Origin: an uncultured Acidobacteriota bacterium
GTDB lineage: Bacteria; Acidobacteriota; Vicinamibacteria; Vicinamibacterales; UBA2999
Assembly (NCBI GenBank): GCA_963762925.1
Contig: CAVXMP010000007.1
Span: 83,992-147,991 of the forward strand
Length of the DNA: 64,000 nucleotides
Reading direction: 5' to 3'
In this document: piece by piece, positions 32,129 through 46,229 of the stretch
Numbering within the stretch: the first letter of the stretch is position 1
Layout: each line of letters begins with the position of its first letter
Notes under the pieces: model-generated
What the model saw: only the letters and a program-made list of their open reading frames with translations
What the model was told of the DNA's origin: nothing
The model's database searches: none
Program-made: the position numbers and the translations under genes

Positions 32129-33885
32129 TCAGTAGGGATACCGCCCAGCCTCGATCACCTCGGCGGCAATGCGACGCCGCGCACTGATGGTATCGACGCT
32201 CGGACGCGCGGCAAGACGCGTGACAGCCTCGCTCAAGCCCGACGCAGGGGCGCCGTGGGCGTGAAGCGCGGCCAGCACCTGCTTGCTCGCATGTGCCATT
32301 CGATCCGCCGCATCGCTGGCGTACACGCGCGCGATGTCCGTCGCAGTCGCCGCGCGGCCGGCTTGCCGCGTCGCGAGTTTCTCGGAGCGCGCCAACGCGC
32401 TCTCGACGGCATAGACCTCGATCATGATGTCGGCGATATGCGCGAGGACTTCCTGTTCCTCTTTCAGCCCGTCGCCGTACGCGTCGGCGGCAAAGCCGAG
32501 GCTCGCAATCGCCAGCTTCTTCGCCTCGTCTATCAGCGCATGCTCGCGAGCGAATCGCTCATCACCGGCTGGAGTCGGTTGGCGGTCCGACAACAGGCGT
32601 TGCGCGGCACTGGCGTTAAGCGGAGACTGGGGCTGCTTGAGAATTCTCGTCGGCACGATCAGGCGGTTGATCTCGTTGGTGCCCTCATAGATGCGGGTGA
32701 TGCGCGCGTCGCGATACGCGCGTTCGACGGGAAACTCACGCGAGTACCGTTGCCGCCAAATACCTGCACCGCCTCGTCCACGGCGTACGCGAGTGCCTCA
32801 CTCGTCCACACCTTGTTGATGGAACACTCGGCCGCGAACCCTTCGATGATCTTGAGGACGCGACCGCTATCGTCTGACGGCACCGCTTCGAGCGCGCGGT
32901 CGATTTCGCCAAGCGCGCGGTAAACCATGGCGTCGCCGACGTAGCTGCGCACTGCCATCTCCGCGAGCTTCTGAGCCACCAAGCCGAACTCACAGATCGG
33001 GCGGCCGAACTGCCGGCGGTTCCTGGCGTACTCAACGGAGTGGTTCAACGCCCGCTTGGCGCCGGTGATGTTGCGCGTGCCGAGCTTGACGCGTCCCAGG
33101 TTGAGGATGTTGAACGCCACTTTGTGGCCGTGGCCAATCGTGCCCAGGACGTTCTCGACCGGCACGTGCACGTCATCGAGCATCAGCGGCGTGGTCGAGG
33201 AACCGTCAAGCCCGAGCTTCACTTCGTCGCGGCCGCTCACCACGCCCATCGAGCGCTCGACGAGAAACGCCGTAAACTGTTCACCATCAATCTTCGCGAA
33301 GATCGTGAACAGATCGGCGAACGCTCCGTTGGTAATCCACATCTTCTGGCCGTTGAGCACGTAATGCCGGCCATCGGCGGTCAGCCGCGCCGTGGTGCGC
33401 GCCGCCAGCGCGTCGGAGCCGGAGTGCGGCTCGGTCAACGCGTACACACCGATCATCTCGGCGCTCGCAAGTCGCGGCAAGTAGCGCGCCTTTTGCTCCT
33501 CGTTGCCGAAGTACACGAGGGGCAGCGTGCCGATCGAGGTATGTGCGCCGAGCGAACCGGCAAACGACGGATTCGCCGCGATCTGCTCGCCGACAAACGC
33601 CGCACTGGTCTTGTCGAGGCCGAGGCCACCGTAGATCTCCGGAATCTCCAGCCGGGTCAGATCGAGCGACGCCGCTCGGCGCAGCAGCTCACGCGTGAGG
33701 TTCCAGTCGTGCGCATACAATTCCGGTTCGCGCGGCAACACCTCGTTACGCATGAACTCGGCGGCGGTTTGCCCGAACAGCTGCTGTTCTTCGGTCAGGT
33801 CTTCACGCGTGAACAGATCGTCCGCATGCAGCCGCTGAACCAGGAAGCGCCCGCCTCCAGTCAGGTCCGAAGCGTGAGTGGTCAT
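32129..33885 (-). pseudogene. long (VLCAD-like) acyl-CoA dehydrogenase with C-terminal extension, one frameshift
   Basis: Track ORFs 32659..33954 and 32129..32656 are one gene: ...VQVFGGNG|YSREFPVERAYRDARITRIYEGTNEINRLIVPTRILKQ..., with a base missing near 32750. Start set at ATG 33885 (MTTHASDL...). Confidence 0.85.
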
Positions 33886-33936
33886 GAATGCTCCAATTGA
33901 CAGTGCGACGAGCGGGTCAGTATAAGCCTCGTTGTC

Positions 33937-34710
33937 GTGCCAACTCTTACCCAATTGTTCAACCTGGCAGGTCGCGTCGCGATCGTCACCGGCGGCTCTC
34001 GAGGACTCGGCCTCGAAATGGCCGAAGGTCTGGCCGAGGCAGGCGCGTCGTTGATGCTGTGTGCGCGCCGCGCAGACTGGCTGACGCCGGCGATCGACGG
34101 TTTACGCGCCCGCGGCTTCACGGCCGATGGAATGATGTGCGACGTCTCACGCCAAGCCGATGTGCAGGCGGTGGTCGAACGAACGCGCGAGGTATTCGGC
34201 CGCTTTGACATTCTGGTCAACAACGCCGGCGTGAGTTGGGGCGCACCGGCCGAGGACATGCCTCTCGACAAATGGCGGAAGGTGATCGACATCAATCTGA
34301 CCGGTGCGTTTCTCTGTTCGCAGGCAGTCGGCCGCGAGATGCTGAAGCAGCAGTACGGCCGGATCGTCAATGTGGCGTCGGTGGCGGGCCTGCACGCGTC
34401 TGTCCATGGTCCGCATTACGCGGCCTACGCGGCCAGCAAGGCAGGCTTGATGGGCCTGACGCGTGAACTGGCGGCCTCGTGGGGGCGCCAGGGCATCCGC
34501 GTCAATGCGATCGCGCCAGGATTTTTCCATTCGCGGCTCGCCGACGCGGCCATTGCGATCGCCGAGCCGGGTATCAAGGCCACGAGCCCGATCCCGCGGG
34601 TGGGCGCCGAAGGCGAGCTCAAAGGCGTTGTCGTTTTTCTTGCCGCCGACGCCTCGAACTACATCACCGGGCAGGTCATCGTGGTCGATGGCGGGCGGAC
34701 AATCGCGTGA
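33937..34710 (+). CDS. SDR family oxidoreductase
   Basis: 257 aa. VTGGSRGLGLEMA (TGxxxGxG), NAG, and YAASKAG (YxxxK). GTG start; divergent from the ACAD gene. Confidence 0.88.
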   Translation: MPTLTQLFNLAGRVAIVTGGSRGLGLEMAEGLAEAGASLMLCARRADWLTPAIDGLRARGFTADGMMCDVSRQADVQAVVERTREVFGRFDILVNNAGVSWGAPAEDMPLDKWRKVIDINLTGAFLCSQAVGREMLKQQYGRIVNVASVAGLHASVHGPHYAAYAASKAGLMGLTRELAASWGRQGIRVNAIAPGFFHSRLADAAIAIAEPGIKATSPIPRVGAEGELKGVVVFLAADASNYITGQVIVVDGGRTIA

Positions 34711-36373
34711 GGCTTCGTCCCTGGCTCAAGCACTACGACTACTGGGTGCCCACGGAATTGCGGTGGCCACGACGGCCGCTGTCGGACATTCTCGATACGA
34801 CAGCCATCGAGATCCCGGATCGCTGCGCCACTGCGTTTCTCGGTGCGGAGCTCACCTTTCGCGACATCAAGCTGCGATCGGACCGGTTTGCGGCCGCGCT
34901 CGCCGCGAGAGCCATCCAGAAAGGCGATCGTGTCGGCATCATGCTACCGAACTGCCCGCAGTACATCATCGCGGCCTTTGGCGTCTTGCGGCTCGGCGCG
35001 ATCGTCGTCAACATCAATCCCACCTATACGGTTCCGGAGCTGCTCGGCCTCGCCAGGGATTCAGGTATTTGCGTTTTATTGACGCTCGATAGTCTTGCGT
35101 CGGTCGCACGCGCGATTTCATCCCAATCCGACGTGCGGCTCGTCATCGTGACGTCGCTCGCCGAGTACTCGTCTGCTGCCGTTGACCCACCTCGCGCCGC
35201 AGGTGCGCTGAGCCTGTCCGATTTGCTGGACGAGGGTCGCAACGCGGTACTGCCGAATACCGCGATCGCTACAGACGATGTCGCCGTCCTTCAATACACG
35301 GGCGGCACCACAGGTACGCCGAAAGGTGCGATGCTCACGCACGGAAATATTTTCGCCAACGTGGTGCAGAGCGAGACTTGGTATACCGCGCGCTGGTTCG
35401 TGGCGAGGCGCGCTACCTCATCGTGATCCCGTACTTCCACATTTACGCATTCACCGTCGGGATGATGTGCGGCACGTGGATAGGCGCGCAGCAGATCCTG
35501 ATTCCCAAATACGATGTGGAACACGTGCTTCGAGCGATACGCGACTACAACCCCACGTATTTCCCTGCCGTGCCGACCATCTTCGTATCGCTCCTCGCGC
35601 ACCCGCGCGTGACGGAATACGGCCTGGAAACAGTCGGTCGATACAACTCGGGGGGCGCACCCTGTCCGATCGAGGTGCTCGAACAGTTCGAGCAACGCGT
35701 CGGCCGGCCAATCAACCAAGGGTACGGCCTATCGGAAACGTCGCCGGTTACGCATACGCAGCCGCAACTTGCCGAGAGGAAGCCAGGCACGATCGGCCTC
35801 CCGGTGGCGGGCACCGACATCAAGGTCGTGGACGTCGAGACGGGGACACGCGAGCTACCATTCGGCGAGATCGGCGAGCTGTGTGTCGCTGGTCCCCAGG
35901 TGATGAAGGGCTACTGGAACAAGCCGGAAGAAACCGCTCAGGCGCTCCGTCGCGATGCAGATGGACGCGTCTGGTTTCATACGGGCGATGTCGCTCGGAT
36001 CGATGAGGATGGCTTCACCACAATCGTCCAACGCAAGAAAGACATGATCATCGTGGACGGATTCAATGTGTATCCCTCCGAAGTCGAGAGGGTGTTGTAC
36101 CAGCATCCCGCGGTGCGATTGTCCGCCGTCATCGGCCTGCCGCACCCGTACCACGGCGAAGTCGTGAAAGCGTGCATCGTGCTGCACAAAGACATGAAGA
36201 TGACCGTCGACGATGTTCACGCACACTGCGCCGCCAGCCTGGCGGAATACAAGAGGCCGCGCCACATCGAATTTCGTGAGGCGCTGCCAATGAGCGCCGT
36301 GGGCAAGATCCTGTACCGGGTGCTTCGTGACGAACAGGCCAATCCGAGCGACGCCGCCGCGGAGACGAAATGA
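34707..36373 (+). pseudogene. acyl-CoA synthetase (AMP-forming fatty-acid--CoA ligase), one frameshift
   Basis: GTG 34707 overlaps the SDR stop (GTGA). [41 protein letters not shown] and VGKILYR motifs. Frame change near 35385. Confidence 0.88.
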
Positions 36374-36843
36374 CGGCGAAGAAAGAGCTGCCACGAGGAG
36401 TCGCTCATTTCCGCAAAATGGCCGCAGGAAAGGTTCCGCGGACGCCCATGGGCGAGCTCCTGGGTCTCCAGTTGCTCGAAGCAGAGAAGGGTCGGGTCGT
36501 GTTCGCAGCACACGCGACCGCCGCGCATCACAACACCATGGGCATCGCGCACGGCGGGCTTGTCGCGACGCTCCTCGATTCGGCGCTCGGGTGTGCCGTC
36601 AACACGCTGTCGCCACCCGGTCGGGTCTTCACCACGCTCGAATTGAACGTGAATTTCATCAGGCCGATCACGGACGAGGTCGGACCGCTCAGGTGTGAAG
36701 CCCGCGCGCTGCATGTCGGCAAGCGCGTGGGGACCGCCGAGGGACGGGTCGTCGACAGCCGTGGCAAGCTCTACGCGCACGGGACGACAACGATGATCGC
36801 CATCGAACCGCAGCCGACCCGACGCCGGCCGCGTCGCGTGTAG
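36370..36843 (+). CDS. PaaI-family hotdog thioesterase
   Basis: 157 aa. [20 protein letters not shown] motif. 4-nt overlap with the ligase stop. Confidence 0.85.
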   Translation: MTAKKELPRGVAHFRKMAAGKVPRTPMGELLGLQLLEAEKGRVVFAAHATAAHHNTMGIAHGGLVATLLDSALGCAVNTLSPPGRVFTTLELNVNFIRPITDEVGPLRCEARALHVGKRVGTAEGRVVDSRGKLYAHGTTTMIAIEPQPTRRRPRRV

Positions 36844-36924
36844 CGCCCCGGCCCGTAAGCCGCCTGCCCTGCGCGAGCGCAGCGAGTCGAAGGGTAAGCC
36901 GTGACCTCCGTCCGCGCGGGCTCG

Positions 36925-38103
36925 TCAGCCGTGCGAATTGAGCTCCATCTTCGCAATTGCCTCGAGGTGCACCTCGTCGGGACCGTCGGCAAGCCTGATC
37001 GTGCGCGCGTAGGCCCACGCGGCGGCCAGGCCAAAATCATCCGAAACGCCCCCCGCGCCGTGCGCCTGAATCGCGCGATCGATCACGCGCGCGGCCATGC
37101 GTGGGACGACGACTTTGATCATCGCGATTTCGCGGCGCGCGACCTTGTTGCCAACCGTGTCCATCAGCCGTGCAGCGTGCAGCGTGAGCAGCCGCGCCTG
37201 ATCGATCTCCAAGCGCGATTCAGCAATGCCCTGTCGCAGCATGCCCTGCTCGGCCAGCGGCTTCCCAAAGGCGACCCGCGACGTGACGCGCGCGCACATC
37301 CGCTCCAGCGCTCGTTCGGCCGAGCCGATGAGGCGCATGCAGTGATGAATCCGTCCGGGACCCAGGCGGCCCTGTGCGATCTCGAACCCGCGCCCCTCGC
37401 CGAGCAGAACGTTCGACACTGGGACACGGACGTTCTCGAACAGAATTTCCGCATGACCGTGCGGCGCGTCGTCGTACCCGTAGACCGGTAACATGCGCGT
37501 AATCGTCACGCCTGCTGACGTCATCGGCACGAGAACCATGGATTGCTGCTCGTGGCGGGCAGCAAGCGGATTGGTCTTGCCCATGAAGATCGCGACCGCG
37601 CAGCGCGGATCGCCCGCGCCGGAGATCCACCACTTGTGCCCGTTGATGACGTAGGTGTCGCCGTCTCGGACAATGCTCGACTTGATGTTGGTGGCGTCTG
37701 ACGAGGCCACATCAGGTTCGGTCATGGCGAAACACGACCGGATCTCGCCGGCGAGGAGTGGCTCGAGCCATTGCCGCCGCTGCTCCGGCGAGCCGTATCG
37801 GACAAGCACTTCCATGTTGCCCGTGTCCGGCGCGGAGCAGTTGAAGACCTCTGGCGCAAAACGGGCCGCTCGACCCATGATCTCGCAGAGCGGCGCGTAC
37901 TCGGCGTTGGTCAGGCCGGCGCCGTACTCGCTGTCCGGAAGAAAAAGGTTCCACAGGCCCGCGGCGCGTGCCTTGGCTTTGAGTTCTTGGACAATAGGTG
38001 TCGGCTGCCAGCGATCACCCTGTGCGATCTGCTGCCGGAAAACCGCCTCGTTCGGGTAGATATGCTCTTCCATGAACGCGGTGAGCCGTTGCTGTCGATC
38101 CAT
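36925..38103 (-). CDS. acyl-CoA dehydrogenase of the ACAD10/ACAD11 (FadE2-like) subgroup
   Basis: 392 aa. The N-terminus [22 protein letters not shown]...[32 protein letters not shown] is characteristic of this subgroup. Intact. Confidence 0.85.
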   Translation of the reverse strand: MDRQQRLTAFMEEHIYPNEAVFRQQIAQGDRWQPTPIVQELKAKARAAGLWNLFLPDSEYGAGLTNAEYAPLCEIMGRAARFAPEVFNCSAPDTGNMEVLVRYGSPEQRRQWLEPLLAGEIRSCFAMTEPDVASSDATNIKSSIVRDGDTYVINGHKWWISGAGDPRCAVAIFMGKTNPLAARHEQQSMVLVPMTSAGVTITRMLPVYGYDDAPHGHAEILFENVRVPVSNVLLGEGRGFEIAQGRLGPGRIHHCMRLIGSAERALERMCARVTSRVAFGKPLAEQGMLRQGIAESRLEIDQARLLTLHAARLMDTVGNKVARREIAMIKVVVPRMAARVIDRAIQAHGAGGVSDDFGLAAAWAYARTIRLADGPDEVHLEAIAKMELNSHG

Positions 38104-38156
38104 GCCGCGGATAATAGTGCACGCGCAGCCTGTGTTCGGTGAGCTGACAACTCGCC

Positions 38157-40298
<2,142 letters not shown>

Positions 40299-40302
<4 letters not shown>

Positions 40303-40760
40303 TCCGCACCATCACAGTCGCCACGCTCCACGAGTACGTCGGCCAGGAACTCGGTGTCAGCGAGTGGCTGGACATGACACAACAGCGCATCGACGGCTTC
40401 GCCGACGCCACCGACGACCGCCAGTGGATCCACGTGGATGCGGCGAGAGCGGCGGTCGAGTCTCCATTCAAGACAACGATCGCACACGGCTTCCTGACGT
40501 TGTCGCTCATCAGCATCTTGCTGCGCGACGCCGTCGCGGTCGACGGGTGCCGCATGGCGATCAACTACGGACTCAATCGCGTGCGGTTCGTCTCACCCGT
40601 TCCCGTCGGCTCGCGCATCCGTGGGCGATTTGTGCTGAGGGCAAGCGAAGACGCGGCTGATGGCGCCGTGCAAGTGACGTGGGCGACGACGGTCGAACGC
40701 GAAGGCGCGGACAAGCCGTGCTGCGTCGCCGAGTGGCTGGTGCGCTACTACCCGTCTTGA
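40299..40760 (+). CDS. MaoC-family (R)-specific enoyl-CoA hydratase / dehydratase
   Basis: 153 aa hotdog fold. DATDDRQWIHVD motif. 4-nt overlap with the fadB stop. Confidence 0.85.
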
Positions 40761-40785
40761 GGCGACTCCGTTGTCGCGCCTGGTT

Positions 40786-40862
40786 AGCCGCAGATTACGC
40801 CGATTACGCAGATTGGATTCAGTCGGCTGGCCACCAGGAGGCGCGCACCGAAAGCTGCGGCT
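40786..40862. repeat. hairpin element carrying GATTACGCCGATTACGCAGATTGGATTCAG core
   Basis: AGCCGCAG (40786-40793) pairs with CTGCGGCT (40855-40862) around the tandem GATTACGC core. Directly downstream of the MaoC stop. Confidence 0.65.
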
Positions 40863-40865
40863 TGC

Positions 40866-41010
40866 TGCTCGACCGAGCCGCGCCGGGCTTCGCCCGGCGT
40901 GTGTTGATCGAGGACGCCGCCGAAACAATGCCAGTGTGCAAGATGAGTGGCCTTGTTTCGACGGCGCCCTCGATCAACACGACGGCCGACGGCCGCGGCT
41001 CGGTCGAGCA
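40866..41010. repeat. ~145-nt imperfect palindrome (long structured hairpin)
   Basis: TGCTCGACCGAGCCGCG...TGTTGATCGAGGACGCCGCCGAAACAA / TTGTTTCGACGGCGCCCTCGATCAACA...CGCGGCTCGGTCGAGCA, with an internal CCGGGCTTCGCCCGG sub-hairpin and a 24-nt apex. Confidence 0.75.
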
Positions 41011-41091
41011 ACGATCGCGTAGTCTTTGTCATCTGTGGATGACCAGCCGCAGGTCACGCGGGCGCGACAAGCGCACCGAGCGAGTTCGTGC

Positions 41092-42177
41092 TCAGGCGCG
41101 CTGGGCTGCCGCCGCCGCCTGCTGCGCGAGGTGGGTTACGCGCATACCAAATCGCGCAAAGCGCGGATCGTCGGTCTGCCCGCGCCGGTAACGATGGAAG
41201 ATTTGCTGGATGACGACGGCAACTTTGAACAGGGCGAACGCTTCGTAGAACGGGAGTCGCGAGAGGTCGCGCCCGCTCGTTTCCGCATACCGCTCGATCA
41301 CGTCGTTGCGCGCAAACCATCCTGGACGCTCCGTCACCGACGCCAGTGCATCGTTCGGTTCGAGGCGAGTGCCGTGCGACCAATAGGCGAGCAAAATGCC
41401 GAGGTCGACGAGCGGATCACCGAGAGCACTCATCTCCCAGTCGAAAACGGCGATCAGGCGGCCCAGGTCTGAGTCGTCGAGCATCACGTTATCGAGCTTG
41501 AAATCCCCGTGGACGACCGAAGGGTGTTCAGGCTCCGGCGGTAGATGCGCGGGCAGCCACTGAACCATGGCGTCCATCTCGGGCAGGTCGTCGGTCTTCG
41601 AGCGGTCCCACCGATCGGACCATCCACGCACCTGCCGTGCAACGAAGCCAATCGGCTTACCAAGATGAGACAGACGATCACGTTCGATGTCGATGGCGTG
41701 CAGTGCTGCCAAGGTATCGACGAGCGCCGCGCTGACGCGGCGCCGTGCCTCGGGCCGATCCACCAGCGCGGGTGGCTCCTCTGTTCGGACGACCACACCA
41801 CGACGCCGTTCCATCACGTAAAAGACGGCGCCGGCCACCGCGATGTCTTCGCAGAGTACGTACGGCTCGGGTGCGAGCGGAAACACGGGATGCATGGCAG
41901 AAAGCCAGCGGTACTCGCGCGCCACGTCGTGAGCCGTAGGTGGAAGCGGACCGAATGGCGGGCGCCTCACAACCAACTCGACCTCACCAAAGCGCACTAA
42001 ATATGTGAGATTCGAATGTCCGCCGTAAAACTGTGCGACGTCCATCGCCCGGGACACGTCGAGACCCGCAATCCGATCGGTGGGCAGATGCTCGCGTAAA
42101 TAGGCGGCAACGCGCGCCCATTCGAGTTGCTCGGTGGCTCGAACGGGCCGGGCGTCTGTGGACACGCGCGGCATCAT
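41092..42177 (-). CDS. APH-type phosphotransferase family protein (ACAD10/11 N-domain-like kinase)
   Basis: 361 aa. HGDFKLDNVMLD catalytic loop and VFDWEMSALGDPLVDLG (DxD) motif. Confidence 0.85.
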   Translation of the reverse strand: MMPRVSTDARPVRATEQLEWARVAAYLREHLPTDRIAGLDVSRAMDVAQFYGGHSNLTYLVRFGEVELVVRRPPFGPLPPTAHDVAREYRWLSAMHPVFPLAPEPYVLCEDIAVAGAVFYVMERRRGVVVRTEEPPALVDRPEARRRVSAALVDTLAALHAIDIERDRLSHLGKPIGFVARQVRGWSDRWDRSKTDDLPEMDAMVQWLPAHLPPEPEHPSVVHGDFKLDNVMLDDSDLGRLIAVFDWEMSALGDPLVDLGILLAYWSHGTRLEPNDALASVTERPGWFARNDVIERYAETSGRDLSRLPFYEAFALFKVAVVIQQIFHRYRRGQTDDPRFARFGMRVTHLAQQAAAAAQRA

Positions 42178-42314
42178 ATAACCCCCCAGTTCACTTTCAT
42201 GGTCGTGTTAGACAGCTCGGTGAATTGGTAGCAACCGGCACGAAGCGAGGCCGTTCGAGCAGATGGCATCGTCAACGCGACTGAATTGAGGGGTTAAAAT
42301 GCGTCGCGTCATCC

Positions 42315-43501
42315 ATGAGAGAAGCCGTCGTGGTCGCCAGCAGCCGCACGCCGCTGACGAAGGCACACCGCGGGTCGTTCAACATGACCCGTCCCGATGA
42401 TCTCGCCGGTCATTGCATTGCCGATGTCCTGCGCAAAGTGCCGGAGCTCGATCCTGCGATAATCGAGGACGTGATCCTCGGCTGCGGCCAGCCGCATGGC
42501 CCGCAGGGGCACAACATCGCACGCGTGGCGGCGCTTCGCGCCGGACTGCCGGTCACCACGCCCGGCCTCACGGTGAACCGATTCTGCAACTCGGGCTTGC
42601 AGGCGATCGTGCAGGCCGCGCACATGGTCGTGCAGGAAGGCGCTGACGCGGTCTTCGGCGGCGGCGTTGAATCGATCTCGATGATGGTGCGCGACAGCTC
42701 CCCCAATCCGTGGGTGCAGCAGCAATATCCCGGCCTGTATATGGCGATGGGCGAAACAGCGGAAGTCGTGGCGCAGCGATACGGCATTTCGCGTGACGCC
42801 CAGGACGAACTCGCACTCATCAGTCAGCAACGCGTCGCGCGAGCGCAACACGAAGGCTTCTTCAGCGGCGAGATTGCTCCCATGCGCGTCACTCGCGCCG
42901 TGCTGGACAAGACGACCGGAGAGAAGGTCGGAGAGGAAGAATGCGTGGCTCGAGCGCGACGAGTGCAACCGTGCCGACACCACGCTCGAGGGCCTGCGAA
43001 AGTTGCGGCCCGTCTTCGACACCTCGACCGGCCGCGGCAGCGTGACGGCAGGAAACTCGTCGCAACTATCAGACGGCGCATCCGCCACGCTCGTCATGTC
43101 GTCGGAACGGGCTCAGGCGCTCGGCGTGCGAGCGGCCCTACGTCTTCCGCGGCTACGCGGTGGCGGCGTGCGAACCCGACGAAATGGGCATCGGGCCAGT
43201 GTTCGCCGTACCAAAGTTGCTGCGCAAACACGGCCTGCGCGTCGAGGACATCGGTCTGTGGGAGCTGAACGAGGCGTTCGCGTCGCAAGTCGTGTATTGC
43301 CGTGACAGGCTCGGCATTCCCATGGACCGTCTCAACATCCACGGCGGTTCGATTGCAATTGGCCACCCGTTCGGCATGACCGGCTCACGGCTCGTCGGCA
43401 CGCTGGCTAATGCAATGTCCATGCGCAAGGCGCGATACGGCGTCGTCACGATGTGCGTGGGCGGCGGTCAAGGCGCAGCGGCACTCTTCGAAGCGTGCTG
43501 A
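42315..43501 (+). pseudogene. acetyl-CoA C-acyltransferase (thiolase), two frameshifts
   Basis: NRFCNSGLQAI (Cys nucleophile), [34 protein letters not shown] and CVGGGQGAA lie in three frames. Shifts near 42945 and 43140. Confidence 0.9.
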
Positions 43502-43606
43502 ATCCATCTGCGTTATCGGCGCCATCTGCGTCCTTCTCCATCGGCGTCATCTGCGCCATCTGCGGCCGTCTCCATCGGCGCCATCTGCGTCCATCTGCGG
43601 CCTTCA
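43502..43606. repeat. three tandem ~34-35-nt units, each containing two CATCTGCG octamers
   Basis: ATCCATCTGCGTTATCGGCGCCATCTGCGTCCTT / CTCCATCGGCGTCATCTGCGCCATCTGCGGCCGT / CTCCATCGGCGCCATCTGCGTCCATCTGCGGCCTT. The 5' end is the reverse complement of the core seen at 40800-40825. Confidence 0.8.
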
Positions 43607-43610
43607 TCCA

Positions 43611-44923
43611 TCAAGCGGTGTCCTGTCCCCCCTGATCGCGCAAGGCATAGAGCGCGAGAAGGCTGATCACCGTCGTCGACAAGGCGAACACCGCGATCGC
43701 GTACGGGGTCTCGTAACGGCTATAGAGGTAGGTCGCTATCACCGGCGCGGGACCGCCGGCGGTAATCGCCGCGAGATGGTACCGAGCCCGGAACCGGTGT
43801 AGCGCCGAGAGGCGGGAAAGGCTTCCGCGATCAGCGCCGCTTGCGGACCGTATTGCAGGTCCTGGAACCAGGCATCGATCAACATCGCGAAAAAGATCAG
43901 TGCAACGACCCCGGTGCTGAGCAGACCGAAATAGGCGAAGGCCCAGAGGCCGGTGCCGATGCAGCCTACGGCCACGATTCGCTTACGCCCAAAGCGGTCG
44001 GAAAGGTACCCGGCAAGCGGCAGCATGAGAATCGACGTGATCGATCGCAGCGACAAACAGTTGAGCAGCATGGTGCGGCTCAACCCGAGGACCTGCGTGC
44101 CGTAGCTCAGAATGTAGGTGGTGAAGATGTAGTACGGCGCGAGTTGCCCGGTACGGACGAGCGTGGTCAGCGCCACGTCCCGCCAGTTATGTCGGAACAC
44201 TTCGAGGACCGGCGCCTGGACGACTTGCCCGCGCGACTTGAGCGCCGCGAAGACTGGCGACTCGAGGACACCGACGCGGATGTAAAGACCGACGAGCACG
44301 AGGATTGCGCTCGCGAGAAACGGCACCCGCCATCCCCACGCCATAAACTCGGCCTCGTCGGTGAGGCCTCCCATACCCGCGAGCGCCGAGTTGGCAAGCA
44401 TCAGGCCGAGTGGCGCGCCGAGTTGCGGAAAGCTGGTGATGAATCCGCGGAACCGCCGCGGCGCCCATTCACCCGCGATCAGCACGGAGCCGCTCCACTC
44501 GCCGCCGACGGCGAGCCCTTGAAGCGCGCGAAAAAGCGTGAGCAAGACCGCGCTCCACGAGCCGATCGCGGCATAGGATGGCACGAGCCCCACGGCCATC
44601 GTCGCCAGGCCCATCACAATCATGGTGGTGACGAGAAGCGCTTTCCTGCCAATCCGATCGCCGAAGTGGCCGAACACCGCGGCGCCAAGCGGTCGCGCCA
44701 CAAATCCCACGAAGAACGTCGAGAACGACAGGATGGTCCCGATGAACGGATCCGAGCTTGGGAAAAACAGCTTCGGAAACACGAGCGCCGCTGCCGATCC
44801 GTAGAGGAAGAAGTCGTACCACTCGATCGTGGTACCGATCGTCGACGCAATGACGGCGCGGCGAAGATGACGCTGCCGTGTGCGATCGCCGAAGTCAGAC
44901 TCGCGCGGGTCTGGGTTCGGCAT
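43611..44923 (-). pseudogene. MFS transporter, metabolite:H+ symporter (MHS) type, one frameshift near the 3' end
   Basis: IEWYDFFLYGSAAALVF signature and 12-TM pattern. After ...RRYTGSGLG the frame slips (about 43775) and continues HLAAITAGGPAPVIATYLYSRYETPYAIAVFAL... to the stop at 43611-43613. Confidence 0.85.
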
Positions 44924-46190
44924 CGATCGTTACGTCTTTGCGTTCGCTCGTCGCCAGTCGAACGCCTTTGGTTTCAGGAAGCGCCCAGACGCTGATGCCT
45001 GCAAGGATGGCAAACGGCGCGGCGAGCGCGATGCCGGCGCCGAACGTCCAGCGCGCCGCGACGAATGCAATCACCACGGGGGCAAGAAACTGCACGCCGC
45101 GTGAGAAGTTATAGATGATGCCGAGCGCCGACGCGCGCACCGAGGTCGGGAACACCTCGTTGAGGAGCGGCCCGATGCAACCCCAGTTGCCCTCGCCAAA
45201 CCCGACGAGCAGCATGAACGCAAACATCATCGACGAGTAACCGCCGGCAAACGTCCAGCCGAGCGTCACCATCAGCAAGCCGATGGCCTTGAGAATCGAG
45301 AAGGTGGTAAAGCTTGGACGCCGCCCGAAGCGGTCGCTTGCGAAGCCAAAGGCGACGTAACCGAAGAGCGATCCGATCTGATCCATCACCAGGAGCCAGG
45401 ACGATTCGCCGAGCGACAGCCCGCGCACCTGGACGAAATACGTGGGCAGCCAGATCGTCTTGAACCAGTACGCCGCCATGTTGAAGGTGGTGACCGTGGT
45501 CGCAAGCGCCGTCGTCTTCCTCAAGGCTGGACCGAGCATCTCGCCGATCACGCGAAAGGGAGAGGTCACGGCCCCCCGTGTCTTCTTGTGCAACAGCCAA
45601 ACGTCGGACTCCGGCATCTGCGATCGAATGAAGACGACCATCAGCGCGGGTAGCGCCGAGACCATGAACGTCGCGCGCCATCCGATCCACGGCGCGAGAA
45701 GGTTGCCGGCCATCGTGGCGAAAAAACGCGCGAAGGCCGATCCGCTCTGCAGGTAGGAGCCGTAGCGGCCACGCACCGCCGGGGGTACTGTTTCGCCAAC
45801 CAGCGCATGCGCGACGGCCCATTCCCCGCCAACGCCGATCCCGGTAATCGCGCGCGAGATCAACAGCGTCCAGAATCCCGTCGCGAATCCGGAGAGCAGC
45901 GTTCCCACGCAGTAGATCAGGATGGTGATCATCAGCAGCGGTTTGCGCCCGTAACGGTCCGCCAGTGAGCCGCCGAGCACGCCGCCTACGGCCGTAAACG
46001 CCAACGCCGTGCCGAGCAGCACCGACACGTCGTACTGCGAGAGCCCGAGATCCTTGGTGAGTGACGTTGAGGCAACGAGAAAGCTGAGCAGCAGCAGATC
46101 GTAGAAGTCGAACACCCACCCGATAAACGAGAAGGCGAGGATCTTTCGGTGGATCGGCAGGACCTTCGCGTTCTCACTGAGGAGCGTCAT
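44895..46190 (-). CDS. MFS transporter
   Basis: 431 aa, 12 predicted TM, and a GSLADRYGRKP (MFS loop 2-3) motif. Confidence 0.85.
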   Translation of the reverse strand: MTLLSENAKVLPIHRKILAFSFIGWVFDFYDLLLLSFLVASTSLTKDLGLSQYDVSVLLGTALAFTAVGGVLGGSLADRYGRKPLLMITILIYCVGTLLSGFATGFWTLLISRAITGIGVGGEWAVAHALVGETVPPAVRGRYGSYLQSGSAFARFFATMAGNLLAPWIGWRATFMVSALPALMVVFIRSQMPESDVWLLHKKTRGAVTSPFRVIGEMLGPALRKTTALATTVTTFNMAAYWFKTIWLPTYFVQVRGLSLGESSWLLVMDQIGSLFGYVAFGFASDRFGRRPSFTTFSILKAIGLLMVTLGWTFAGGYSSMMFAFMLLVGFGEGNWGCIGPLLNEVFPTSVRASALGIIYNFSRGVQFLAPVVIAFVAARWTFGAGIALAAPFAILAGISVWALPETKGVRLATSERKDVTIDAEPRPARV

Positions 46191-46229
46191 TGTGGATGGG
46201 CGGTGGGGATACTACCATTTGAACCGGTT

